64,000 nt of DNA from Protoeuglena noctilucae (GCA_958009085.1 OY253668.1:310001-374000), one strand, 5' to 3'. Numbered from the stretch's first letter, positions 38,701 to 52,882 are shown. The notes: generated by a model from the sequence alone, not told the origin. Numbers and translations: made by a program.

Positions 38701-39341
38701 ACCTCCCCTGGCGCCAGATGACGTACAAGTTCCTCAACACCATCATCGACGACCTGTTCGCGTTCGTCATCAAGATGCCCACCATGCACCGCCTGGCCGT
38801 CTTCCGGGACGACCTCATCTTCCCCATCCTCCTCTACCAGCGGTGGATTTACCCCGTCGACAAGACGCGCGTCAACGGTGGGTCCTTTTCCAGAGCCGCA
38901 AAGCAAGCGAGGTCGTGTCGCGACTTCGCATGTCATGATGGCAGTCCACGGTCCTTACGACACAGTCCCTGTTTACTCTGCCTGTCCTGCCCTGCCCTGC
39001 CCTGCCATGGTCCTTACACCACCTCGCCTACTTTGCCAGGCCAGGGATGTGCCTATCCTGCCCTGCTCCACCTGCCCACCCCGTCTCGCGCCCCGCTCTC
39101 AGAGTTTGGTTACTCCGAGGTCGCGCCCGAGGGAGGTGCCGAGGGTACCCAGAGGCACGCGGACGGGGCGGGGTGGTCCCAGGGTCGGCCCCAGCGTGCT
39201 ACGGTACCTGTGGAGGACGTGGATGAGACGAGCAGCGATGACGACAGCGATGACGACAGCGACGGTGTCAGCGGGGACGAGGATGGGGAGGAAGGGGCGG
39301 AGAGGGAAGGGAGCGGGGGAGAGGCGAAGAAACAGAAGTGA
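35750..39341 (+). CDS. CLPTM1: CLPTM1 family membrane protein
   Basis: [99 protein letters not shown]. Confidence 0.95.
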
Positions 39342-39702
39342 TGGGACATGGGAGAATGCAAGGGCGGATAGAGAAGCGATGGGGTGGGTGGTAGTGCGGA
39401 GGGGCGCAGATGCATGTGTGGCGATGCGCTGGCGCTCTGCACGCCCGGTGGGGTTGTGGCTGGGTAGAAGCAAGTGTGGGGTGGGCTCTGTTGCCGGCAC
39501 AGTTCTCACGCATGAAGTCGAGACAGCGGGGTTGCAGGCATGACTCACGATCGATTGGCAGTGCGTTCTTTTGAAGGAAATTATAAACAGGGCCATGTCA
39601 GGTCCGCAATGAGCGCGCAGGCGTTAGAACAGCGATGTCTCACATGCAAGCAGCCAAGCAGCCATGCAGCAGACACCTCTATTAAGGGTACTCCCAGTCC
39701 CC

Positions 39703-42700
39703 TTAATCCGTGTCGCTCCCGCCCGGGCTCCGCGGAAGGAGCGAGCGCATGAGCGAGCGCTTGGCGCGGACCTCGGCCCTAAGCCGCTCCTCCGGTGGCG
39801 GCATCGAGGCGTCCTGCATCAGCCCCGCAACCGCAGCCGGCGACCCTCGGAACGGCGACCCTTTGAATGGCAAGCCTTTGAAGACCTCGGCGTGACGTGC
39901 GATGCCGCTGTGGGTCTCTGTGGACGGAGCACGCACCCCCGCAGCGCGCAGCTGCTCGCTCAGGCCGGCGTAGCTGCCTGCCCGGCGTGCACTTTCCAAA
40001 CCCCCGTTCGGCCAGGCCGCCGACGTGGCAAGATCAGCACCGCCGCCGCTGCCATGCCCGTGCGTCTGGATGTGAGGCGACAGCGACGTCGATTGCGAGA
40101 GAGTGAGCGGGACGTCCGTGGTAGGGGCCGACCCGCGGCTGCTGAAGGCGTGGGGATGGCTCCCGGCTCCTGCAGTGGTTGACTGGGTCAAGCCGTGTGC
40201 GATGTCTGCCGAAGGCGACGGCTTGGGGTCCCCTGACCTCGAGTGCTGCGTCGCTGCTGGGACGACGCTCGCATCTCGCAGGTAGCGGGTCGCGGAGGGC
40301 CACGGGTTGACGCTCTCCTGGGGGGCGGGGCCTGGTGGCACCACCTCCCGCTTGACTCGCTTGGCGGGGGGACCTGCAAAGGGACGGGGCAGGACGCGTC
40401 ACGGCTGCATCGTGCCTGAGCGTGAGAGTGACGACCGCCCGTGCACAGCAGTCGACTGATGCTGTCGGCATCGTTAGCCATACAGCGACGTGTCCATGTG
40501 CCACGTGGCCCGTCATCGCAACCCTCACCGAGGTCCAGAAAGGCCCCTAGGGCATGCCCATTGTCGCCAGACAGCGCCCCCGGCAGTCTCCGCTTCGACG
40601 GTCGCGGCACCTCCTGCCGCACTTCGCCCTGCCCGCTCTCTCCTCCGCAGCCCGTCTCAGTGGCGCCGCTTCCCGACGCCCCTGCTCCCGACTCCGGCCA
40701 ATTCCAGATTGGCAGCCCCATCCGCTGCAATTCGCCCTGCTTGCTCTCTCCTCCGCGGCCCGTCGCTGTGACGCCGCTTCCCGACGCCCCTCCTGTCCCT
40801 GCCAGCCCCCACACCTCCGACACCCCCACGCCACCCTTGCTCGCCCCGCCCCGCTCGTCCCTCACCCCCGCGCCCGCCCCGCTCGCCCCGCCCCGCTCGT
40901 CTGGCACGCCACCAACACCGTCGGCCTCTTCTGGCTCCACACTCCCTCCCAGCGCCGGCACAGCAGCAGCCGTCCCAGGCGCGTCGACCCCGTGCTTGCC
41001 CCACGGCCACCTCTCCACGCTCTCAAGCCCCTCCCTCCCCGCACTGCACCGCCAGGACCGGCCCTCCCACGACACCTCCACCAGACAGTCGCCCTCGCTC
41101 ACCGCCTCCATCACAGCGCCCACCAGTGCCCCGGGCAACCGATGCACCCCCGGCCCACCCTTGCCCGCCTTGCCCTGTCCACCGCGCACCAGCCCCCGCA
41201 CCGCCCGCAGCACCGCATCCCCGCGCGCCAGCACGATCTCCCCGGACGCAAGGCGCTGCGACAGGGTGCGCAAGGAAGCGAGGCCCCCGCACTGGGTCGC
41301 TACGGCGCTCAGGAGAGCGTCGGCAGGCACGGTGCCCTGGTTGGCCGACCCACAGAACACCGCCACCAGGGTTGTCTGGTCCGACACCGGGCCCACGAAA
41401 GCCCCTGCCACCCGGGCCTCCAAGGACAGCGCTAAAGCGTCGATCGCCTCCCCACGCACCACAGCAGCGTCGGCCACGGTAGCCCAGGCGGACTGAGCCG
41501 AAGCCGTGGGAGCCAGACCCTCGACACTCGGACCTGCGCCTGCGCCTGCGTCTGCGCCTGCGTTTGCGTTTGCGCTCCCGCGATGCGCGTCGCTGCTGGG
41601 CGCGCACTGGACGACCGACATTCGGAGGCCCGACAGCGGCCAGAGCCCGGGGGTGGGGAGGGAGGCAAAGAGGCGCGAGACGTCTTCATCCCAACGCTGT
41701 GGAAGCAAGGCGACAGGGCGGTGCGTTAATGGCCCATCGACCAGCCAGGCATGCTACAAGCGATGCTCAACGTGATGCTGAGAGTGCAACCAGCAATTCG
41801 ACACACATTGTACCAAGTCGGGACATTGGCGCCTGCGAGTCACCTGCTCCTCGCCATCGCTGCTGTATCCGACGATGCTCCGCAGCGCCCCCGCCAGCTC
41901 CGGCGCCCCACGGCCACCCCAGCCCGCCAGCGCCCGCGAGTAGGACGCCAGGGCCGCCGTCAGCGCCACGTCCTCTGCCGCAACCACGTGCTCGGGAGCA
42001 GCCGACTCTGACGCCGGCCCTGCCACGGTCGGCCCAGCCGCGCCGTCCGCACCCGCATGCTGTGGCGGAGGCGCCAGGACCGCCCCCAGCTGCGCGCCAG
42101 CTGTGGCTATGACCAGGCCGCCCAAGGCGCCTCTCCTCCTCTGGGCAGCCGCCCCGCCCAGCGACGAGGGCATGGCGCGGCGCCGCGGTCCCTCGGGTGC
42201 CGCCGCGTGCGTTGATGCGGCTCTGTTCGGCTGCCCCGTGGACGTCTGGGCACCGTCGCTGCCACTGGTGCTGCTCGTCGCCCCGGCCTGAGTCAGCCGC
42301 GGGGGCTCCCGAAGCGCGGGTGGGTACGCTGGGACCGTGGGGAGGGGCTCGGGGTCCGGGGGCATACGGGAGGCATGCGTGATGCGCGCCCATCGGGCCA
42401 TGGCCTGGAGATCCGGGGCTTCGATCCGAGGAGCGCCGACCTGGTGAAGGAAGGAAAGGCGAGAGATCAATGCACAGGCGATGACCGTCGTTACATGCAG
42501 TCGTAGAGGCGAGGGACGGGCTGCAGTTTCAGTACATTGATGACAGCTAGAGCTGAGACCTTTCCCGCCCAGACAGGTCACGGAAGACAGGGTCCCAGGA
42601 CGTCCCCCATTGCTGCTGGCCGGGTCACCAACTGCAGGGGACTCACCAGGCGAAAGAGGTCATCCCCCATGACGTCCTGCTCCTCCAGGCCGTGCTGGGA

Positions 42701-45700
42701 GCCGAGGCGGATGTCGCTGGTCCCTTTGTGGAGGAAGTCCCTCGGGCGGGGAGGCAGGTGTGCCCCCGCAGCCGCGCACTGGCTCAGCCACGACAGGGAC
42801 AGCACGGAGCGGTTGCGGCGTGCCTCAGCGAGAGCGTTTACGGGAAGCGTTCCATCCTGACCCAGCTCAGAGATCACCAAAGCCCCGGGGGTGTACAGCT
42901 GGGACACCACGCCCCCACACGCGCACACCAGGCGCGCCGCTGCAGTGCGATTGGACACCCCCGCCAGGACCACGGCGCGCCCGTCCAGCCATCCGCCCCC
43001 CGGGACGTGCCCCGACGGCCCTGCCTCATCCGCCCCCGCCTGCCGTGCCCTGGCGTCCCGACCCACACCGGACGGCCCAGCCCCTGCATTCGACGGCCCT
43101 TTGCCTGCACCCGACGGCCCAGCGCCTCCACCCGCCGTGGCCCTCTCTGTGGCATCGTCCGCGCCCGCGTCGACTGCAGTGCCTTCTCGCAAGATGTCAG
43201 GCACCTGCAGGCGCCTCCTCGCCCGCTGGGGGCTGCGGGCGCGCCCCGTGGGGCCGACCTTGCGCAGGCGATTGCTCTCGTACTGTGGTAAGCAGGTCGA
43301 GTGCGGAATCTGAAACACCGCCTCTCATAGCACAGACCCAGCAAATGCACTAAGCGCATACCATGACAACGCTTTCGTGTCACACAGGCGGCCCCTCACA
43401 GTGCCCACGCACCCTCCCACACAAGATGCAGCTCACCAGGCGTGCCGGCAGCGCCTCAGCGTCTTCGATAATCCTGGCGTGGGTCTCGATATCCGCCGCG
43501 GGCTTGTCCGGTCGCAGCGTGGTCATGCGCGGGAACCGCACGCTGTACTTGGACCCAAAGGCGGGCAGCTTGACGAACCGCAGGTCCCCCTGGATGGTCA
43601 CAACCATGCCCTTGGCGGGCTCAGCCACCCACTTGTCTGCCACAGGCTCGCAGCGCGTGCGGGTCAGGCAGCGCGGCCGGTGGTCCACCCAGCCCCCGGC
43701 CTTGCTCTCCACATGATCTGACACCTGCTTCCTGCAGTCGCGTCGACGGTGTGCGGTGGGCAGGCAGCATGCAAGGGAGCGCAGCCAGGCAGGGAGGCAG
43801 GCATCGCAGACGTGCTATCACGCACAGCATGATCTGCAAACAGCGCGGCCGATCCCATCTCCCCGCCTCATCCGCTCTCCCGCATGCCACGCATCCAGCC
43901 AACCCCGCGCAGTGTCAGTGGCACTCGGCGAAGTCGCCACAGCCGCCACCCCGCGCCCTCGCACCTGTCTTCGACGCAGAACCCGTTGCTGACCCTGGCG
44001 AACGTCAGAAACGTCAGCGGCGCGTCCGGCCCCGTCTCCTCGGGCATGCGCTCCCGGATGGCCACGATGTAGTTGTTCAGCTCGCCCCGGCTCCCCATGT
44101 GCGTGCCGTACCGCGCCCCCACGATGACCACGTCGTACTCGTACGTGTAGTTGAAGTCGGGCTTGACCTTGGTCCACGAGCCGCTCATGTCCCCCACAAC
44201 CCACTGCGAGTATGGGTCCTTCACCACCAGTCCCTCGTCCCCTCGCAGGTACGTGGCGTCGAAGAACTGGCGCACCGCCTCGCGTGTCGATGCAATAGTG
44301 CAGTGCTCGGGCATGCGCTCCGGCGTGAGCGCCAGGATCTGACCCCGGATGCGGCCCTGCGGAAGCGACAAGGGCGTGGGTTCGGGGCGAGGCTCACTAA
44401 GAGTCGCCGGGCAGAGATGGGATGTTTGGTGTCTGGCAAGCGCAGGCACCAGCCATGCATGGGCATTGCGAGGTGGGATGCTGTCCAGTCCGTGGCAGGA
44501 CCAGCATGTGCTGAATGCATTTCTTCATCTCCACTGCAGCTCGCAGGTCATTCACTCGCCTTGGTGAATGGCTGGGCGTCCTCCTGCTTGCATGGCTTGA
44601 CGATCTGGTTGAGCAGCGCCTTGCGCTCTAACAGGGGCCGGTCGCACACGAGCGTGCCGTCGATGGCGATGACGTCGAAGATTATGAACTGGATGAGGAT
44701 GTCCTTCACCTGAGGCACCTCCCAGGTCTTCCCGTCCTTGTCGTGCCTGCGCGGGTGGCAGCGGGGTGGCACTGGGGTGGCACAAGAGCCCATGCAATCC
44801 ACGATACACCCTTGAAGTAAAGTGCATCTTTCTGCAACACTGACCATGGCCGGTCCAAGCAACGATAAATGCCCCAATTTTGATGAGGCGCTCACCCCGG
44901 ACATGCACGTCACAACCACTCTGTGCTGGCACATCACTCATCCACTCACCCCGTACGATAAGAGACGGTCGTCGTGGAGATGACCTCGTCGGGTCCCCTG
45001 TTCTCATGGATGGCGGTGAGGATGTTGGCCATGATGTTGAAGGGCAGTGCCATGTAGTTGTCTACGCGCTTGTCCACCGCGACCCACTCGCAGTCCAAGA
45101 TGCACGTCTTGCACGTGACCTGGAAGCCGAGGGACACGGGAGCGGTAAGTGCGACGGCGACGTTGCCATTGGCAGAGTAGATCGAGGCAGTTGGCAGAGA
45201 AAGCGAAGGGTTCACAGGCAACCCGGTACGTACAGCGGAGGGACCGACGGGCCCGTCTCACTAAACCCCCTAGCGTTTCGAGCCCTGCGGTGTCTCAATC
45301 TGTCTCACCGAGTCCTTGAGCATGGGCGCAATGGGCTGGTGCCCGTTGGTGCGCGCCATCCAGTCCTCCGCCCGCCGGCTGAACATCCGCACGCTGCCGT
45401 CCTCCATGATGTGAATCTGGAAGCGCCAACTGCGCGCGAACGCACGAAAAGGAGCGGTTTGTAGCTGTCTGTGCCGAGCAAGTGCCACTACCTGCCAAGC
45501 ACCCCGACGGAGGGTCTGACGCTTGCAGCTTCAGTGCCGCAGGCCACGCTGTGCTACCCCGTCATCCCAACCAGAGTGCAGCCTCGCACCCGTCGAACTT
45601 GTTCTCGCAGATGAGCTGCGGGGCGTCCATGTGCCGGGTCATGTCGTCAAACACCTCCTCCGGCGTCATATCCATGCCCTTCCGGCTGCCCTTGGTCCAC

Positions 45701-47100
45701 TTGCGCCTCTCGGGGTGGTGAACCATGGCGGCCTTGCCCAGCGTGATGCTCACGGGGGCGTGGACCGCGTCCTGGTCCGCCAGAGTCTCGATGACGTCCC
45801 TCAGGTCCATGCAGACCTGCAGGCGCGCAGAACGTGCTGCGTGGAACGTGCCATGGCGCACCAGTGACGCAGCCGGACTACGTCAACGCACCCTTCCCTT
45901 GTTAGTGCCCGCGGTGGCGTCACGCAGCACGTTCCCACTCACCTGGAATCGCTCGGAAGCCGCGGGGTGGAAGAGCTGGAAGATTCCGTTCTCTCGCGCG
46001 CCGGGGGGCCTGCGCCCCTCGATGATCCGGACCACCCACATCATCTGCCGCGGCGACGTGGCCCTCGCGATCTTGCCCAGCGTCGCGACCTGGTCCTCGT
46101 CTTTACGCTTGGCCGATAGCTCGTCGAGCAAGTCGTTCAGGCGGCCAATCGTGATGTACTTCTGCAACAAAGTTGGGTCCTGGCCCACCACCTCGGGCTC
46201 CAGCAAACCGATCGTGCTCTCCTTGAACAGACGCTGCGGGTGAATGCGGGGTCGGGGGCCGCTGTCGGCACCCAGCGCACACCATCCCAGCAGCAGGACG
46301 AACGCTGCACAACGCTGGCCTGCCTGCAAGGGACCGGGCGCACCCCTCACCTGGTACGCGACAATGGCGAGGTTGCCGCCGTCCTTGTGAACGCCCTTAT
46401 CCTTCCACCGCCTCATCTGCAACGCAGGGCAGAGCACGACACTGGCAAACGTGCTTAGCAGGCCGAGCGCAGCTGCCAACTCCATCTGCTGGCGAGCAGG
46501 CGAGCAAAGGCATCCAAGAACAGGAAAGCGCGAGAGGTCGTGGTGAGCGGCGGGCCTAGCGCCTCGGCCCTCACCTCGCTCCGCGTCCGCTCGTCGCTCA
46601 GCGTGTAGACGCGCATCAGGAGCTTCAGCAGGCGCTCCTCCTTGAGACTGTAAAGCCTCGAGGTGTCGAGGTGCGGGAGGAGGAGGCGGAAGACGTCGAA
46701 CGCGCCCGCACGCTTCGGATTGCTGACCATCTTGGGGGATTTGAGCCGAGGGTCGTCGCAGTAGTCCTTGTGAGAGTAGATTTCGCGGCTGAGCAGGTCC
46801 GCCTGGTGCAGAAAGTCCGCAATATGCATTTCCGGCTTCGACATGCCCTCCCACTTCCGCGACTGGCGCGCTGCGGGTTACAGCCATGGGAAGTGGCTCC
46901 ACTTTTAGCCTTCAGCAGCTGGCGTCGCGCCTCGAAGAGGCTCGCGAGGCATCCATCAGCTGCGCATCCTCACGTCGTTTCTGACCGCGCAGCTCCACCA
47001 GCAAGTGCGTCTCATGGATGGCGTTCAGGCGCTCGGCCAAGACGCTGAACGGGATGGCCCGTGCGCCCTCCTCCGGCGCGCCGCTCGCCGTCTCCGCCAT
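39703..47100 (-). CDS. LIG4: DNA ligase IV (divergent) with BRCT region and long low-complexity tail
   Basis: RLLLPHLD..YSLKE, motif I ENKFDG|WR, III CILDCE, IIIa FDVI, IV EGLVVK, V WTKVKPD, VI RFPR, BRCT (..LSWLSQC..LPPRPRDFL), and NLS-like PPAKRVKR. Many introns. Confidence 0.85.
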
Positions 47101-47498
47101 GGCCTTGACTCCAAATGCGCACCCAGTCGTCAGTGCGGCGCGCTCTGAGCGCACGCCATTTCGGACCAGCAGCACTAACCGACGATGTGACGAGCAAGAT
47201 TCCTCGTCGACGTCCCGTTATGAGCAGCAGGTCAGCTATGGCATGTACCGAAGCCAATGGTGACCGCGCAGCAAGCCAGCGAGCCTCCAGCGGTCCTCAG
47301 GGGTCAGACGCGCAAAGCGCAAGCAGGGCACATTGTTCTGTAGAAATTCTGTGACTGCTGCGGACAGCCTTCCCATCCTCGGTTTCAGGTGGTCTCAGTG
47401 CCCTCACAAAGCCTCGGCATCTCGCCAGAGTCTCGCGGCACGATGCCTGCAGATACCGGGCATCCCGTTCTCCCCATCTAAGCCCGCTGCAGGCCGCA

Positions 47499-50253
47499 AT
47501 GGCCCTGCGATCCGCTTGCACCACAAAGAGCTTCGCCTGGTTCGCGAGGTGGCTCCTCCCCGGCGCCATCCGTGGCGCGGACGTGTCTGCAGCTGCCACT
47601 CAGGACCGCCATCGCTCCTCCGCGCGATATTATAGCACGCCAGTGGAAGCTGCATCATCTTCGGGGTCAGAGGAGCCCAGTGACGGTCGCCATGGGCACG
47701 AGGTTGCCCCTGCCGACGCTGCACAGGCTACCAGCCTGCGGGACCTGCCGGCGGTGTGCTTCCTGGGCCGGCCGAACGTCGGGAAGTCGACGCTGTACAA
47801 CAGGCTTGTGCGGGACAGACGCGCCATCGTCTACAACACCCCCCACGGCCACGTGACCCGGGACTACCGGGAGGGCCGGGCCGAGCTGGCGGGGCTCGTC
47901 TTCCGGGCCATCGATACGTCTGGCATAGGTGAGCAGGGACCTGCGGGTCCGGTGGTAAGCACCACGTGATGGAATGCTGTCTGGCTGCACTGCCTCCCTC
48001 GCTGCTACTGTGAGCAGTGGTCGGTACGCGGCGGGGGCAGTGAGGGGTCTACGGTGAGGCACACGCAGAGCCTTACGCGGATTCAGGGACGATTCTCGAC
48101 CGCGCCAAGGTGCTCGCGGAGGGCGTGGTGAAGAGGTCGATGGGCGCCTTGCTCATGCTGGACACCCGACAGGTGTGTTTACTGGCGACCCGTTTGGCAG
48201 GGTAGGGTCAGCAGAGACCTGTGGTGTGCCTGACTGTCGTACACAGCTCCTCCCACCTCCACCCTTCACATTACGAGAGGCGCTGCACTGCAGGGTGTGG
48301 TCCCTGGGGACGAGTCGGTCGCGGCCTGGCTGCGGACGCTGGTGCCGCCCTCTCGCGTGCGGGTGGTGCTGAACAAAGCAGAGACACCCACGTCCGCCGC
48401 CGAGGCTCGGCTGGCTGCCACGTGGGGCGAGGCCATGGCGCTGGGCTTTGGGGACCCCATCCCGATCGGCGCAGAGACGGGAGAGGGCCTCGATGGCTTG
48501 TACGAGGCGCTAGACGCCATGCTGGGCCCATCCATGGCTTCGTCTGACGGGGCAACGCGGGGCGGGGATGGAGCCTTGACATCTGGGAATCTCTCGCGCG
48601 CTGCCACGAGGCCCGTGGGGTTCCGTGTAACGCCCGGGCGAGCGCCTGAGTCGGTGCCAGGAGGTGCGTGGCAGTGGGCGTCGCAAGGTTCGTCATCTCC
48701 AAATGCCATCTGCTTGGCGTATGTGTAGACGAATGCGTACACGGGGTGCTTTTTGCCACGTGCAGATGCGGAATGGGACCCTGGGTGGAGAGACCGGGAG
48801 AAGGTCAAGGTCGCCGTGATTGGGCTGCCGAATGTGGGCAAGTCGACCTTGGCGAACGCGCTCCTTGGGTACGACCGGAGCCTCACGGGGCCAGAGCCGG
48901 GCCTGACGAGGCGAGTCGCCGTGCGCTGCAACGGAGCGTTGGCTGGCGCACGGTGACGTGCTGCATCGCTGTGGCTGCGTTGTGGGGTCTTGGCGAGATG
49001 CGCCGGCGTCTGTCAGCCATATGGTTGTCGTGAAACTCGCTTTTGCCATTTCCATGCAGAGATGACGTGAGGGACACGGTGGTGGTGGCTGGCAAGCCGG
49101 TGGAGCTGATAGACACGGCGGGGTGGTTGGACCAGCCAGACTACGACAAGCACGATCAGTCGGATGGCAAGGTCACGCTCATGAGCCAGCGCAAGGGCAA
49201 GCGTGGGATGGAGGAGTGCGCCGTGGCGGTCATGATGGTCGACGCTCGCGAGACCGCCAACCACGGCTTCTCTCTCAGGTGCGTCTCCTCCCAGATACTT
49301 GCTTGCAAGACCTGCGCTCGTGTCGAGCGCACGAGGCTGCCAGACTTGACTGTGACTCGCGGCTTGCAGGAAGCAGGAGATCCAGTTGCTGCGGAGGGTG
49401 CAGGACGAGGGGCGAGCGCTGGTGCTGGTGGCGAATAAGACGGACCTTCTCAGTCCCCAGGAGCGGGCGAATTTCGCCAAAAATCTCAACCGCGTCCTGG
49501 AGTGGAAGGCGCCGAACCTTGTGGGGACAGTCGGTGAGGCGAAGGTCTGGGGACTGGGGCTCGCCCACTCGATTGGCGGGGTGCAGGCAGTGCCGGAGCC
49601 TGGCTCTTGCTTGCATAAGACAGAGCGCAGGCCTGCAGGCGGCGCTGCCCTCTTCACAGCGCCGCAGACTCTCACGCGTGCGCCCCGCCCTCGCACACGC
49701 AGTGGTCAGCATGAGCGCGACGACGGGGCGTGGCCTGAGTGACTTGATGCCCGCCGTCCTGTCTGCGTACAACCGCTGGAACTCGAGAGTATCGACGGGG
49801 CAGCTTAACGCCTGGCTGCGTGCCGCGCAGTCGGCCCATGCCAAGGGTGGGATGGCGAATGCCCTGGGGCGCGTCCGCTACGTCATCCAGACGGCCGCAC
49901 GCCCGCCTCATTTTGTGGCTTTCCTGGCCGGGGGCGACCCTCTACAGAAGGACCAAGAGAAGGGGCTGCTCAGGCGAGTGGCTGCACAGGGAGGTGTGAT
50001 GGAGCTGATAGCTGCAACTGGAATGCTCGTGTCAATGCAATATGGTTAGGTGCTTGTGAGTAACAGTCGGCGCGTTTTCTGTATCCGCAGGCTCTTGACG
50101 CAGCACTTTCACCTGCAAGGGACCGCTGCCAGGCTGAGTGTCCGGACCAAGGCCAGGGCCAACGCCAAGGGGTCTCAAAGCAGGCGCGGATCCCCAAAGG
50201 GAGGCGTTAGTACAGTCACAAACAAGGCCGCTTCCCCCGCAGCAGCCGCATAA
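47499..50253 (+). CDS. der: Organellar double GTPase Der/EngA
   Basis: Two P-loops ([16 protein letters not shown]), TRD, DTSG/DTAG, NKAE/NKTD, a KH-like C-terminus and an N-terminal presequence. Confidence 0.92.
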
Positions 50254-50423
50254 CGCAGCGCCGCTACGTTTGTGCTGCACCGTTGCCGCACCGTCTGTCC
50301 ATGGGCTCTGCTTCCACTTCTTGGGAATGAGAGCAATTGCAGACATAATTCGTCGCGGATCATTGAAATCGGCACCATGGACGCCTGCATCAAGGTCAGC
50401 GCAGCTTCGCATCGCCGCGTCGC

Positions 50424-52408
50424 CTAGCGCCCGCCCTTGGTCGTGCCCCAGTCCTCGACCCCCCGGGTCTTGGTCAACAGCGTGTGGACGGGCTTGGTGG
50501 ACCGGTTCCTGTGCTCGAGCTCCCCCAGAACGTGCTGCACGTACTCCTGGTACATCTCGTCGTCGTCCTCCATGGCCACCTGCTGCATCACGGCCTCCTG
50601 CTGCTGCTCCGCCGCCGCACGCGCCCTCCGGTGCTGCTTCGTGTGCATCTGGTGCTTGAGGAAGTCCTGGTGGGCCTTGTTCCGGGCCGCACGCGCCTCC
50701 TCCTCCTCCCGCTCCTCCGCCTGGAGCTCCCGGATGCGCTCCTCCATCGCCGTGCGCCACGCCACGTCCTCCTCCTCCTTGCGTCTCTGCAAACACGCGG
50801 GCGCAAGTCGGAGGGTTTGAATTAGCAGCAAAGCCGCAAGAACATCATGCCACGCTGACCGCCCCCGCCCGAGCCGCACCCGCGACTCCGTCTTCTGCTC
50901 GATCTGCCTCCGCCGCATCTCGTCCTGTTCGCGGATGAGGCGTCGGCGCCGCTCCTCGCGCCCCGCCTCGTCCCGGTCGGCCTTCTCTTGCGCCTCTGCC
51001 ACCTCCCGCGCCACCCGACTCTCCGCCTTGGCGTGCGCCGCCAGGTACGTCCGCTCCATGGTCTGCGCCAGGCGCCGGCGCTGCTCCTCGCGCTGCGCCT
51101 GCCGCTCCCGCTCGCGGGCCAGCCGCCGCTCGTTCATCTCCTCCTTGCGCTGGGCGTACTCCTCGATTGCCCGGTCCAGCATCGCCTCCCGCTCCTTCTC
51201 CTGCTGCTTGAACGTCCGCAGCGCCTTGTTGGCCATCGCCGTCTCCCACGTGGCGTGCCGCGCCTGCTCCTGCCGCGCCCTCTCCGCCTCCGCCAGCTCT
51301 GCCGCCTCCTCTAGGGCCTTGCGCTTCACCATCTCCCCTTCCTTGCGCTTCAGCTCCTTCTCCGCCAGGATCTTGCCGCGCATCTCCTGGAGCTGCTGCA
51401 GCTGCACGTCCCGCTGCTGCAGCAGGCGGTCCTTCTCCTCCTCCAGCTTGCGCAGCTCGGCCGCCTGCAGCTCACGAGCGGCAAGGTGGCTCGCTGCCAC
51501 GTCCCCCGGCTGCTCCAAGCCCGGAATCCGACCGGGACATCCCCGACATCTGTCAAGCAGTCCAGCTGCCCTCCTGCTCACCTCTGCTGCCTCCAGCGCG
51601 GCCCTCTGCGTCTCCACGTACTGCATCTCCTGCTCCTTCCTCAGCTCCTCGATGCGCTTCTTGTACGTCATCTGCATCTCCCGCTCTGCGATCACGTCCG
51701 ACAACAGCACCCGCGAGTGGAGCGCCTTAACCTTGTCCGAGTCGTCGAAGAGCATCTTCTGCGCCCTCTCAATCTGCTCCCGGCGCTTCGTCTCCCGAAA
51801 CAGCGCCTCCGCCTTGTCTGCGGAACACCCCGCACGCCGGTGGTGACGCCGCGAGGGATGCGCCCGCTCCAGCCCCGCACGGGCCGCGCGCATGCGGCTG
51901 TGACAACGCACCTATCTCCTTCCGACGCTCCTCCTCACGCTCCGCACGCTCCTCGCGGTCCTTGAGTTTCTTCGCGCGAACTGCCATGAGCGTGTTGGGC
52001 CACTTCGCCGCGCGCTCGTCTGAGAGCTGCTTGAGCCGCACGCGGTCCGCCTGCTGCGACGTCAGCCGCTGCTCTTGGAGCTGCGAGGAGGGGGTGGGGG
52101 GCCAGCCAGGTCCAGCGTCAGGTAAGTAGTCCACGTTGTCAACGCGCGACGTCCTGCAGCTGCCGCTGCGCTGCCAGAGGCCAGACATTCCGCCCTCATT
52201 CGCAAGGCGACGACGCCGCTCGAGAGGCGCGCCGGCCACCCGGCAGCAGGGCTGAGGGATAAGGTATTACTGACATCTACGCAGCGGGACTAAGCGCGGC
52301 CTCGCGGAGGGAGAGGGCGACCGGCGCGAGGCTTGCGAGTGCGGTGCGGCTCACCTTCGCTTCGATGCGCTCCATGTCAGAGCGTTTGACAAGCGCGACG
52401 TTCGCCAT
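50424..52408 (-). CDS. CFAP210: Cilia/flagella-associated protein 210 (CCDC173, TPH domain)
   Basis: LKQLSDERAAKWPNTL..KKLK..D..REQIERAQKMLFDDSDKVKALHSRVLLSDVIAEREMQ, followed by a long coiled coil. Confidence 0.8.
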
Positions 52409-52882
52409 GGTTGCTCTTTGCTAGCTTGACACCCAAAGGTGCTCTAGACAAGCGACGGCGGTGGGGAGGCACTCTTCACGCCCATGCGGCGCTGCGTGGC
52501 CCGCCCCGGAGGTCTCCACAGTCCGCGGCACACGTGCAAAGCAAGGACACGAAACGCAAATCCCTGGCAGGCTGAGAATAGCGCACGAGCTTATGCAGGG
52601 GCTAGGCGACGGGCAGACATGCCATGCGAGGCAGAGTGCTGCGAGACCCCACAGTGACTCTTTGCAACCGGGCTCTGCTAAGATCGCGTGCACTTCTATG
52701 CAGCATGTCTGTCGCGGCAGCGCGGAAACGGCTGTGGTGGGTTGCCCCGTGGGGTTGCAACGTCAGAGCAGCTCGTGACATCGCTGCCAAAAGCAGCAGG
52801 GGCGTGGACTTGGCGTGGCGCATAATCCCGGCGCTGCCGCATCTGCCTGAGGAGGACGAAACGAGTTATTGCCCTGAAAACG

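Noticed and set aside
41533..41577. Hexamer repeat
   Set aside because: It is a simple coding microsatellite (ANANAGADAGAGAG) within LIG4.
14093..50253. Bacterial-like genes (LysM, leuC, HPt, der, ATP-dependent ligase) as contamination or an HGT island
   Set aside because: All have spliceosomal introns and sit among eukaryotic genes with similar composition.
52741..52761. X-box-like gttgcc...gcaac between the cilia genes
   Set aside because: The spacer is too long for the RFX consensus, and green algae are not known to have RFX.
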